Shown here one piece after another: positions 1-7,565 of a stretch of 57,721 bases of DNA (position 1 is the first letter of the stretch; every line of letters starts with the position of its first letter). The position numbers were made by a program, and so were the translations under genes. The notes under the pieces are model-generated. The model was not told the DNA's origin. It did not search any database and saw only the letters and a list, made by a program, of their open reading frames with translations. This DNA comes from a virus (lineage: Duplodnaviria > Caudoviricetes). The stretch is taken from the IMG/VR virus record IMGVR_UViG_3300030104_001324, positions 1 through 57,721 of that record, one strand, 5' to 3'.

Positions 1-166
1 GTAGCAGATAAACTGTCTGGAGCATTAAGCATCATGGAGATAACATAATATGCCCTATATTGGAGTAGAACCAGAGTCTAACTTTCAGACTGCTCCTGCT
101 GTTGTCAGGTTTAGTGGTGATGGTTCAGACACAACCTTTGCACTAGGCAGAACTATTGGCTCTGTG
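1..166 (+). repeat. Terminal direct repeat, left copy (assembly circularisation overlap)
   Basis: Bases 1-166 are identical to 57556-57721. The repeat runs across the end of one tail gene and the start of the next, so the unique genome is 57,555 bp. Confidence 0.95.
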
Positions 167-502
167 CAAGACATACTTGTGTCAGTAGATGGTGTTATAC
201 AGGACACTGCAGCGTATACTGTACCTGATGGGTCAACACTAACCTTTAGTGCTGCACCTTCTTCTAACTCAGGTAATAATATTTTTGTATACTTTCTAGA
301 GACAGGTGGAGCTTCTGTTGTACCTGAAGACCAATTCAAAGGTAACTTTAAAAATGGTGGTATGTTTAGATTAAACGCACAGTCTCTAACAACAAGCCTA
401 TCTATACTAGCTACAGAAAATGCTACAGTTACAGGTGCATTGTCTATAGCTTCAGGTAATACACTAACGATTGAAAGTGGTGGGAGGCTAGTAGTACTAT
501 GA
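50..502 (+). CDS. Tail-fibre-associated adaptor-like protein (MPYIG type, copy 1)
   Basis: Beta-rich G/S/T protein. N-terminal MPYIG and the C-terminal segment are paralogous to 3240..3704. Lies in the tail module. Confidence 0.6.
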   Translation: MPYIGVEPESNFQTAPAVVRFSGDGSDTTFALGRTIGSVQDILVSVDGVIQDTAAYTVPDGSTLTFSAAPSSNSGNNIFVYFLETGGASVVPEDQFKGNFKNGGMFRLNAQSLTTSLSILATENATVTGALSIASGNTLTIESGGRLVVL

Positions 503-999
503 GTACGTTAAAAGTAGATACAATACAACATAGTGGTGGCACTACAGGTTTAACTATAGATTCTAGTGGAAGAATTAAATACCCTGCACAAGTTCGTTTT
601 TTAGCTATAGGGTCTGCTGATGGTTTTCTTACAACAGCGACTTTACCTTTTCCTACAGTAGTTAGAAACATCGGCTCAGGATATAATAACTCTACTTACA
701 AATTTACTGCTCCGATAAGCGGATGCTATTTTTTTAACCTTCATCAATACGTTAAATGTGACTCTGGTGAAAGTATAGGACTTGAGTTTCGTAAAAATGA
801 TGCTGAACTACTTACTGCCCCAAAAATTTATTTTCATCCTGATAATATGAACTCTGGAGGAGAAATTGAACAAATACAGTCTACATCAGCCATGATTGAT
901 TTATCTGCTACAGATACTATTCATGTTATTTATTCTGGTAATGGAGAATATTACAGTGGTAATCAATGGTCACAATTTAGTGGATATTTATTAGGATAA
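499..999 (+). CDS. C1q/TNF-like domain tail-fibre or receptor-binding module
   Basis: FTAPISGCYFF and C-terminal FSGYLLG are typical gC1q motifs. N-terminus MSTLKVDTI. Confidence 0.7.
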   Translation: MSTLKVDTIQHSGGTTGLTIDSSGRIKYPAQVRFLAIGSADGFLTTATLPFPTVVRNIGSGYNNSTYKFTAPISGCYFFNLHQYVKCDSGESIGLEFRKNDAELLTAPKIYFHPDNMNSGGEIEQIQSTSAMIDLSATDTIHVIYSGNGEYYSGNQWSQFSGYLLG

Positions 1000-1002
1000 A
1001 AC

Positions 1003-1416
1003 ATGAGTACACTTTTATTAAACACACTAACAGGCAAAACCTCCGCAGGGTCTATCGTGGTGACAGGCGAAGGTGGTTCTACAACTACGAATATGCAACA
1101 GGGATTATGTAAAGCATGGATAAACTTTACAGGTATAACTACTACTGCAGCTAGAGATTCATTTAATATGAGTATTCAGACAGATGTAGGTGCAGGACAA
1201 ACGACATTAGCTATTACAAGTGATATGGGTAATGCTAATTATAGTGGTTACTACTTTACAAGTGCGGCAACAGGAACGGCTTATAGTAACTTTGGTAACG
1301 CATTTACTGGTGGTTTTGGAAGTTTTGCAGCAGGTCAATGTAGTGTCAATGCTTACACTTCTACTAATTTTGACTCATATCAAAACCTAGTTGGGTTATT
1401 TGGAGATTTAGCATAA
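1003..1416 (+). CDS. Small tail-fibre module (GDLA-ending family)
   Basis: KAWINF...RDSFN motif, ends FGDLA. Paralog of 1416..1808 and 4838..5275. Confidence 0.6.
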   Translation: MSTLLLNTLTGKTSAGSIVVTGEGGSTTTNMQQGLCKAWINFTGITTTAARDSFNMSIQTDVGAGQTTLAITSDMGNANYSGYYFTSAATGTAYSNFGNAFTGGFGSFAAGQCSVNAYTSTNFDSYQNLVGLFGDLA

Positions 1417-1808
1417 TGGTAGCACATGGAACAATAGCATTTGACACGCTCACAACGTCTGACCAAGTAAAGTCTGGTACTGAAAAGTCTATAGATACGA
1501 GCTATCTTTTTAATGGTGTAATTAAAATGTGGACAGACGTAGACCATGTAAGTGCGGAAGTAGATGATAGTTTTAATGGAAGTGGAATAACAGATAATGG
1601 TGATGGAAATTTAACCGTTAGTTACACAAACAATATGGCATCTGCATACAGAATGTTATGTGGAAATGATGAAAAATATGGTATAGGTGAGATATATAAT
1701 GGTAGCGGAACATCATCTCATCTTCACAGAACTAGAGGAGATGGTAGTTATACAGGGCTTATTGATACTGCTTCAACTAATAGTGGAACTTTTGGAGACT
1801 TAGCATGA
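1416..1808 (+). CDS. Small tail-fibre module (GDLA-ending family)
   Basis: KMW...DSFN...ITDNGDG motif, ends FGDLA. TAATG stop/start coupling. Confidence 0.6.
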   Translation: MVAHGTIAFDTLTTSDQVKSGTEKSIDTSYLFNGVIKMWTDVDHVSAEVDDSFNGSGITDNGDGNLTVSYTNNMASAYRMLCGNDEKYGIGEIYNGSGTSSHLHRTRGDGSYTGLIDTASTNSGTFGDLA

Positions 1809-2293
1809 TAGAGACACCAGAGTTTCAAGGCACACACTTATGGGAGCGTTTATGTTGGGCAAAGGAGAAGCTAGAGCCTTACAGGAGCGAGTACTGCATA
1901 GTGTGGGAAGACCCTAATGAAATGGAAAATCCTGCTAAAGTTTCACACCCAGACCCTAACTGGATGGCTTGTGCATTACAGGGTGGAATACTACCACCAG
2001 TACAATCCTATTGGGAACTAAAGAAGGACGAAGCAAAGCCTGACTTTGTAAAACATACCAGAGGTCCAGAGCTTCTACACAATATGAAACCTATTGACGC
2101 TATGACAGAAGAAGAAGCAATAGAGTATTTAATAATGAAGGACATACCTGAACATGTCTGGAGAGATTGGGATAAATCCAATAAGCCACGATTGGTTATC
2201 TGCAAAAAGAGTCAACTTCCTGCAACTAGGGAGTGGAGAAATGCGTGGCAAATAAGTGATGAACTCACTGTTGAGACATCAGTAGCCGCATAA
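1805..2293 (+). CDS. Hypothetical protein, probable tail-fibre assembly factor
   Basis: Coupled ORF with SD. Its LPATREWRNAW motif resembles PSDRHFRGAW in the next gene. Confidence 0.5.
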   Translation: MIETPEFQGTHLWERLCWAKEKLEPYRSEYCIVWEDPNEMENPAKVSHPDPNWMACALQGGILPPVQSYWELKKDEAKPDFVKHTRGPELLHNMKPIDAMTEEEAIEYLIMKDIPEHVWRDWDKSNKPRLVICKKSQLPATREWRNAWQISDELTVETSVAA

Positions 2294-2307
2294 AGGAGTA
2301 TTAAACT

Positions 2308-2685
2308 ATGGTGAAAACTTATATTATGGACATGGATGGCAAGACTGTTGATAGCTCATCAGTAACTAAACCATCTGACAGACACTTCAGAGGAGCATGG
2401 AAACTTTCAAGTGACTCTAAAGTTATAGCCGAAGACATGACTAAAGCTAAAGTTATCTTCAAAGATAAAATTAGAAGAGTACGTCAGCCTCTACTGGACG
2501 CTGAAGACGTAGTGTACATGAAGGCACTAGAAGCTAGTGACTCATCAGCACAAGCTGCAAGTATAGCTAAGAAGAAGAAACTTAGAGATGCACCTGCTAC
2601 AACAGCTATTGAAAATGCTGACACTATAGCTAAACTAAAAGCAGCTTGGGATACAAGCACATTGGGTACTAGCCCTTACGCATAA
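2308..2685 (+). CDS. Tail-fibre assembly chaperone-like protein
   Basis: IRRVRQPLL...KKKLRDAP helical motif typical of tail assembly chaperones. SD AAGGAG. Confidence 0.55.
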   Translation: MVKTYIMDMDGKTVDSSSVTKPSDRHFRGAWKLSSDSKVIAEDMTKAKVIFKDKIRRVRQPLLDAEDVVYMKALEASDSSAQAASIAKKKKLRDAPATTAIENADTIAKLKAAWDTSTLGTSPYA

Positions 2686-2695
2686 GGATAAGTAA

Positions 2696-3229
2696 ATGGC
2701 ACTGACACAGGTTAATGAGTTTGGGTTTTCAGGTTATGAACACCACTGGTGGGCATATAATGGTAGTCAAGGTTTAAGTGAAAATGACCCTGACACCTTA
2801 ACTAGTTTTACAACTCTTCATAACGTATCAAGTACCCATCATAATTACTATAAACAATTAGGTAACACTTCCTTTACTCATTCAAGTGGCATATTTACTT
2901 TTCCACGAACAGGCACTTGGAAAATTCATTTTGTTCTAAACTTATTAGATAATGATGCGTCTTCAAGACATATTAATGCCTATATAGGTATTAGTGCAGA
3001 TAGTGGCTCAAGTTACGTTAGTTTTAATGGTGGGTATGGTGCATTTGTTCATGTTACTTCTAATTCATATGCTCAAGTCGATGCAACTAGATTAGTAAAC
3101 GTAACTGATGCCTCTACATTTAGATGTAGGTTTCAAGGATATTCTAGTACTGCTATAGATACGGTTCAAAAATATGATAACCAAGGTTTTTCAAACGTAA
3201 CATTTGAACGTATAGGAGAATCACAATGA
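2696..3229 (+). CDS. Putative receptor-binding module (jelly-roll/C1q-like)
   Basis: SSGIFTFPRTGTWKI motif, N-terminus MALTQV, tail context. Confidence 0.5.
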   Translation: MALTQVNEFGFSGYEHHWWAYNGSQGLSENDPDTLTSFTTLHNVSSTHHNYYKQLGNTSFTHSSGIFTFPRTGTWKIHFVLNLLDNDASSRHINAYIGISADSGSSYVSFNGGYGAFVHVTSNSYAQVDATRLVNVTDASTFRCRFQGYSSTAIDTVQKYDNQGFSNVTFERIGESQ

Positions 3230-3239
3230 GGATAAGTAA

Positions 3240-3704
3240 ATGCCATATATAGGTAAAGCACCAAAGAACTCAGTCCGTAATCGCTTCACATATCAAGCGA
3301 CAGCAGGACAAACATCATTTAGTGGCAGTGACAGCAACTCGCTAACACTCAGCTATCCAGACAGTTTGTACATGGACGTATATCAAAATGGAGTGATGCT
3401 CAAAGCAGGTACAGACTATACCGCTACGACAGGAACAACAGTAGTGCTAGTTAGTTCTGCATCAGCAAATGACGTAGTGGAGATGGTAGTCTATGATGTG
3501 TTTGACGTAGCCAATAGCTACTCTAAGACTGACTCAGATACACGCTATCCATTCTTGGGTAACAACTCCATCATTAGAACTAATGGCAACTCTATTAGTA
3601 CAGACATTACAATAGACAGCAGTACAAATGGCTTATCGGCAGGACCAATCACAGTAGGTTCTTCTAGCACTGTAACTGTTGCAGGACACTGGAGTATCGT
3701 ATGA
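3240..3704 (+). CDS. Tail-fibre-associated adaptor-like protein (MPYIG type, copy 2)
   Basis: ATAGQTSF...DVYQNGV...DYTAT beta domain. Paralog of 50..502. Confidence 0.6.
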   Translation: MPYIGKAPKNSVRNRFTYQATAGQTSFSGSDSNSLTLSYPDSLYMDVYQNGVMLKAGTDYTATTGTTVVLVSSASANDVVEMVVYDVFDVANSYSKTDSDTRYPFLGNNSIIRTNGNSISTDITIDSSTNGLSAGPITVGSSSTVTVAGHWSIV

Positions 3705-4204
3705 CAAGTAAACTTATAGTTGACAGTATAGAAGGTAGAACAGGCAAAGGTTTTTTAACACCTGATAGACCTGCTTTTTCAGTCAAAAGAATCACAGGAA
3801 GTGGAACGGCCCTTAGTGGGCATATTACATTGAATACAGTTAACTTTAATGTGGGAAATTGTTGGGATGGTACAAATAAATTTCAAGCTCCAGTAGCAGG
3901 AATTTACTTTTTTAGTCTTACTGCATTTTCTTGTGATAGTAATGCAAGTGGTCAGGATGATGGTGCGGCAGTTAAAGTATATATTGAGCAAGATACAGAT
4001 TCAAGTTTTGGTTCACCAACTATGATTGCTACAGTTTACGCATTTGGTACTGGTGCAGATATTTTTTACCCTGTTTCAATAAGTGGTACAGCTTCACTTG
4101 TGGCTAATGAGTATGTACGAGTTAATGTACCAACTGGATACATATATGCTAGTACATTAGCTTCAAATTACCCTCCGATTTTTACTGGATTTTTAATAGG
4201 ATAA
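3701..4204 (+). CDS. C1q/TNF-like domain tail-fibre or receptor-binding module
   Basis: PAFSV, FQAPVAGIYFFS and C-terminal FTGFLIG gC1q motifs. Confidence 0.72.
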   Translation: MTSKLIVDSIEGRTGKGFLTPDRPAFSVKRITGSGTALSGHITLNTVNFNVGNCWDGTNKFQAPVAGIYFFSLTAFSCDSNASGQDDGAAVKVYIEQDTDSSFGSPTMIATVYAFGTGADIFYPVSISGTASLVANEYVRVNVPTGYIYASTLASNYPPIFTGFLIG

Positions 4205-4208
4205 ACAA

Positions 4209-4838
4209 ATGACAAGTGAACTAAGAGTAGACAAAATACATAACGAAGGTGGAGACAACGATAGCGGATTGGATATGTCCACTAATGATGTTGTTAAAAT
4301 TAAAATAGCAGGAGCAGAAAAGGCAAGTTTTAGTGCTAACGGTAATCTATTACAAGGCTGTACTGCAACTCCAAGTGCTACTGTTTCAGGTAATTTAATT
4401 AGAAATATTTACGATGTTGGTGCGTGTCTTTTTTCTCTTGGCAATAGTTATACATCATCTGCTGAAATGCTAGTATTTATGAATGGAAATGGAAACGTAG
4501 GTAGTATTGATACAAGTGGAAGTGGTACGTCTTATAATACCTCCTCAGACTACAGGTTAAAAGAAAATGTAACAACCTCTTGGGATGCTACATCAAGATT
4601 GAAACAACTCAAGCCAAGTAGGTTTAACTTCAAGGCAGACAAAGATATAACACTTGATGGTTTTCTAGCACACGAAGTTTCAAGCGTAGTGCCTGAAGCA
4701 GTTACAGGTAAAAAAGATGAAGTAGATAGTAGTGGAGAAATAGTGCCACAAGGTATTGACCAATCAAAATTAGTACCTCTTCTTGTCAAAACTATCCAAG
4801 AATTAGAGGCTCGTATAGCTGCACTGGAGGCTAAATAA
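4209..4838 (+). CDS. Short tail-fibre module with C-terminal intramolecular chaperone (peptidase S74)
   Basis: SSDYRLKENV autocleavage motif, GFLAHEV, C-terminal coiled coil LVKTIQELEARIAALE. Confidence 0.85.
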   Translation: MTSELRVDKIHNEGGDNDSGLDMSTNDVVKIKIAGAEKASFSANGNLLQGCTATPSATVSGNLIRNIYDVGACLFSLGNSYTSSAEMLVFMNGNGNVGSIDTSGSGTSYNTSSDYRLKENVTTSWDATSRLKQLKPSRFNFKADKDITLDGFLAHEVSSVVPEAVTGKKDEVDSSGEIVPQGIDQSKLVPLLVKTIQELEARIAALEAK

Positions 4839-5275
4839 TGGCAAGTGAACTTAAAGTAAATACACTCACAGGAGTTAGCACAGCAGGTAGCATTGCAGTC
4901 ACAAGTGAAGATAATAGCACCACAATTAATCTACAGGGCGGTTTAACTAAGGCTTGGTGGATGTTTGACCAAGCTAATACTAACCCCGGAACTACACGAG
5001 ATTCTTTAGCTGTAAGTGGTATAGTAGACAATTCTCCGGGTAATATGACCGCTTCATTTACAAATCCTTTTGCAAGTAGTACAAGATATTCTGCAACATC
5101 TTGTATGGCTTATCAAAATGATACAATAGCTAATGCTTTTAGAGGTAATGGTAATATAGTAAGAGCAGCAGGGTCATTACAATGGATATGTGTCTTTGTT
5201 AGTTCAACAGGAGGAGCAGGGTCAGTAGAAGATGACGATGAAAACTCTTGGCAACTTTGTGGAGATTTAGCATGA
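4838..5275 (+). CDS. Small tail-fibre module (GDLA-ending family)
   Basis: N-terminus NTLTGVSTAGSI matches NTLTGKTSAGSI in 1003..1416. Ends CGDLA. Confidence 0.6.
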   Translation: MASELKVNTLTGVSTAGSIAVTSEDNSTTINLQGGLTKAWWMFDQANTNPGTTRDSLAVSGIVDNSPGNMTASFTNPFASSTRYSATSCMAYQNDTIANAFRGNGNIVRAAGSLQWICVFVSSTGGAGSVEDDDENSWQLCGDLA

Positions 5276-6345
5276 GTAAAGCGGCAGAACTAGCGGCACT
5301 AATTGCCAATGTAAATAAGGGTAGCTCGTTAGGTAATAAAAATTTTATTATTAACGGTGGTATGCAAGTTTGGCAGAGAGCAACTTCGGCAACAGCGGCA
5401 GTAGATGGTGCTTATAAAACTGTTGATAGATTTTTTAATTGGGTCAGTGGTGGTGGAGCATATACAACAGAACAATCTACAGGTCACTTAGCTACCACAG
5501 GACATGAAAATGCACTAAAACTTGCTGTAACAACTGCTGATACTTCTATTGCGGCAGGAGATTATTATGTTATTGGTTACAAAATTGAAGCTCAAAACTT
5601 ACAGTCTTTTAAGTATGGTTCTTCTTCCGCAAACGCAGTTACTTTATCATTTTGGATTAGAGCTACAAAGACAGGAACACACACCCTTTTCTTTTCAAAA
5701 AACGATAGCACCCAGTATATTTATGTTGCAGAGTACACTATTAGTGCAAGTAATACTTGGGAGTATAAAACTATAACCATAGAACCTGACAGTAATATTA
5801 AAGCAGCAGGGGGAGCAATAACAGATGATAATGGAGCAGGTATTACGATTGGTTTTGTTTTAAAAGAAGGCTCAAATTATGAAGGAGCAACAGCTAATGC
5901 TTGGAATACGAGCAAATATACAACCAGTAATCAAGTTAACAATATGGATAGCACTTCTAATACTTGGTATTTAACAGGAGTGCAACTTGAGATAGGGAAG
6001 GCTACGGCATTTGAGCATGAACCATATGATGCTACACTTAAAAAGTGCCTCCGCTATCACTATCAGTACACTACTTCAGGATTATCTGATTATCCTGCAT
6101 ACTTTTCTACTCCTTATAGTCCTGCGTCACAAGATGGTAGTTTACCAAATAGTTCTGCCATTTTAACAGTAGTACACCCAGTTCCTATGAGGGCTGCACC
6201 AACACACCCTGCAACAACAGTTGTGGGTAGTACTTCTTTGAGCAGAGATACTAGTACTGTATATCATACAGTTTATCAAATGGGCAGTTCAACAAGTAAT
6301 GAAGCTCAAAGTATAAGTGCTGCTACAATAACAGCAGAATTATAA
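5272..6345 (+). CDS. Tail protein with putative carbohydrate-binding jelly-roll domain
   Basis: KNFIINGGMQVWQR...DRF...VTLSFW...TGVQLEIG...FEH pattern. Start moved to ATG 5272 (ATGA overlap with GGAGA SD). Confidence 0.6.
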   Translation: MSKAAELAALIANVNKGSSLGNKNFIINGGMQVWQRATSATAAVDGAYKTVDRFFNWVSGGGAYTTEQSTGHLATTGHENALKLAVTTADTSIAAGDYYVIGYKIEAQNLQSFKYGSSSANAVTLSFWIRATKTGTHTLFFSKNDSTQYIYVAEYTISASNTWEYKTITIEPDSNIKAAGGAITDDNGAGITIGFVLKEGSNYEGATANAWNTSKYTTSNQVNNMDSTSNTWYLTGVQLEIGKATAFEHEPYDATLKKCLRYHYQYTTSGLSDYPAYFSTPYSPASQDGSLPNSSAILTVVHPVPMRAAPTHPATTVVGSTSLSRDTSTVYHTVYQMGSSTSNEAQSISAATITAEL

Positions 6346-6356
6346 GGAGAAATAAT

Positions 6357-6563
6357 ATGGGTTTTGTATGTTCAGAATTTACTACTGCAAAAAAGTTTCA
6401 GAGGGTTAAAGAAGATGATGGAAGTGTGTCTAATCATTGTATCAAAGTTATTAAAGCAGATGACTCAATAGGTTTTATGCCAATGGTTATGGACAATATG
6501 GATTATAAATACCTAACAGAACAAGTTGCGGCAGGTAAACTAACAATCTCAGACGCTGACTAA
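6357..6563 (+). CDS. Small protein, probable tail-fibre chaperone
   Basis: SD AAGGAG, PxxxDNxDY motif, directly follows the fibre module. Confidence 0.45.
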   Translation: MGFVCSEFTTAKKFQRVKEDDGSVSNHCIKVIKADDSIGFMPMVMDNMDYKYLTEQVAAGKLTISDAD

Positions 6564-6574
6564 GGAGGTGTACC

Positions 6575-7054
6575 ATAGACCCATTAACAGTCAGTGCTGC
6601 AATATCCACAGCTACGGCTGCATTTAATGGGATTAAACAAGCCTTCCAAGCAGGGCGAGACTTGGAGGCAATGGCAGGTGACTTATCCAGATGGATGGGA
6701 GCAGTCAGTGACGTAGACCACATACACAAGTCTTCTAAGTCACCGTCCATGTTAAAGAAGATGTTCGCTGCTCAGTCAGTAGAACAAGAAGCGATAGAGG
6801 CATTTGCTGCAAAGAAGAAACTACAGCAACAGCGTGATGACCTAAAGACATATATCATGTTCACTCAGGGAACTAAGGCTTGGGATGAACTGCTTCAGAC
6901 AGAAGCTGACATTCGTAAGCAAAGAAAGAAGATGGTGTATGAAGCTCAACAGAGAAGAGAAAAAATACTTAACATTGTGTTTATCTGTCTCGCTCTTGTT
7001 GCTCTTACCATTCTTGCTAGCGGATTGCTCTACGTTATTGTCATCAATATCTAA
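6575..7054 (+). CDS. Coiled-coil protein with C-terminal TM helix, probable ATA start
   Basis: SD AAGGAGGT at 6562-6569 precedes an in-frame ATA at 6575 (reads xDPLTVSAAISTATAAF...). The ORF-track TTG at 6662 has no comparable SD. Confidence 0.6.
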   Translation: MDPLTVSAAISTATAAFNGIKQAFQAGRDLEAMAGDLSRWMGAVSDVDHIHKSSKSPSMLKKMFAAQSVEQEAIEAFAAKKKLQQQRDDLKTYIMFTQGTKAWDELLQTEADIRKQRKKMVYEAQQRREKILNIVFICLALVALTILASGLLYVIVINI

Positions 7055-7331
7055 GGCAGACGCACACGAACATAAGTATACACCTACATTAGAGAACGGA
7101 CACTTAACTATATGTAGGTTGAAAAAAGTAGAGAAGGCACACCAGAACGCTAACGGACAAGACGGAATAAGTTGGTGGTGTTTATATGAAGGTGCAAACG
7201 GTAGTGGGTTTTTAGAGTTAGTTGACTCTTATAAACTGTGTCCTAAACAAGTGGTCTGTGAGTATGACCCAAAAGATAAACCACCTAGCATAGATGATAT
7301 GTTACAAGCAATGAAGGACGCATTTAAATAA
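6939..7331 (+). CDS. Putative exported or membrane-anchored Cys-containing protein
   Basis: Basic N-terminus plus hydrophobic stretch ending LLADC. Four further Cys. Overlaps the previous gene. Start uncertain. Confidence 0.45.
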   Translation: MKLNREEKKYLTLCLSVSLLLLLPFLLADCSTLLSSISKADAHEHKYTPTLENGHLTICRLKKVEKAHQNANGQDGISWWCLYEGANGSGFLELVDSYKLCPKQVVCEYDPKDKPPSIDDMLQAMKDAFK

Positions 7332-7561
7332 TGGAAATTAACCCTATACTATTCTGGAACTTAATACTGACACTCGTAATAGCTCCTGCCTTTTGGACAT
7401 TTAGAGGCTTAATTACAGAGGTAAAACGCATAGACATACTTGTAAATAAAACTAGAGAAGAGTACGCTTCACGAGATGATGTTAAGGAAGAAATGAAGAC
7501 AGTACACGAAGCTATGCATCGTATAGAAGACAAGCTAGACAAGTTATTGATTAAGGGTTAA
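7331..7561 (+). CDS. Small membrane protein with coiled-coil tail
   Basis: N-terminal TM helix followed by RIEDKLDKL. Confidence 0.55.
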   Translation: MEINPILFWNLILTLVIAPAFWTFRGLITEVKRIDILVNKTREEYASRDDVKEEMKTVHEAMHRIEDKLDKLLIKG

Positions 7562-7565
7562 ATAA

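Noticed and set aside
1-166. 166-bp terminal repeat as the biological terminal repeat
   Set aside because: It lies within tail genes, which is typical of assembler circularisation. The real ends are more likely near 34.2-35.0 kb.
50-6563. Diversity-generating retroelement or invertible shufflon in the tail cassette
   Set aside because: No reverse transcriptase, no near-identical TR/VR pair, all modules on the same strand and no adjacent invertase.
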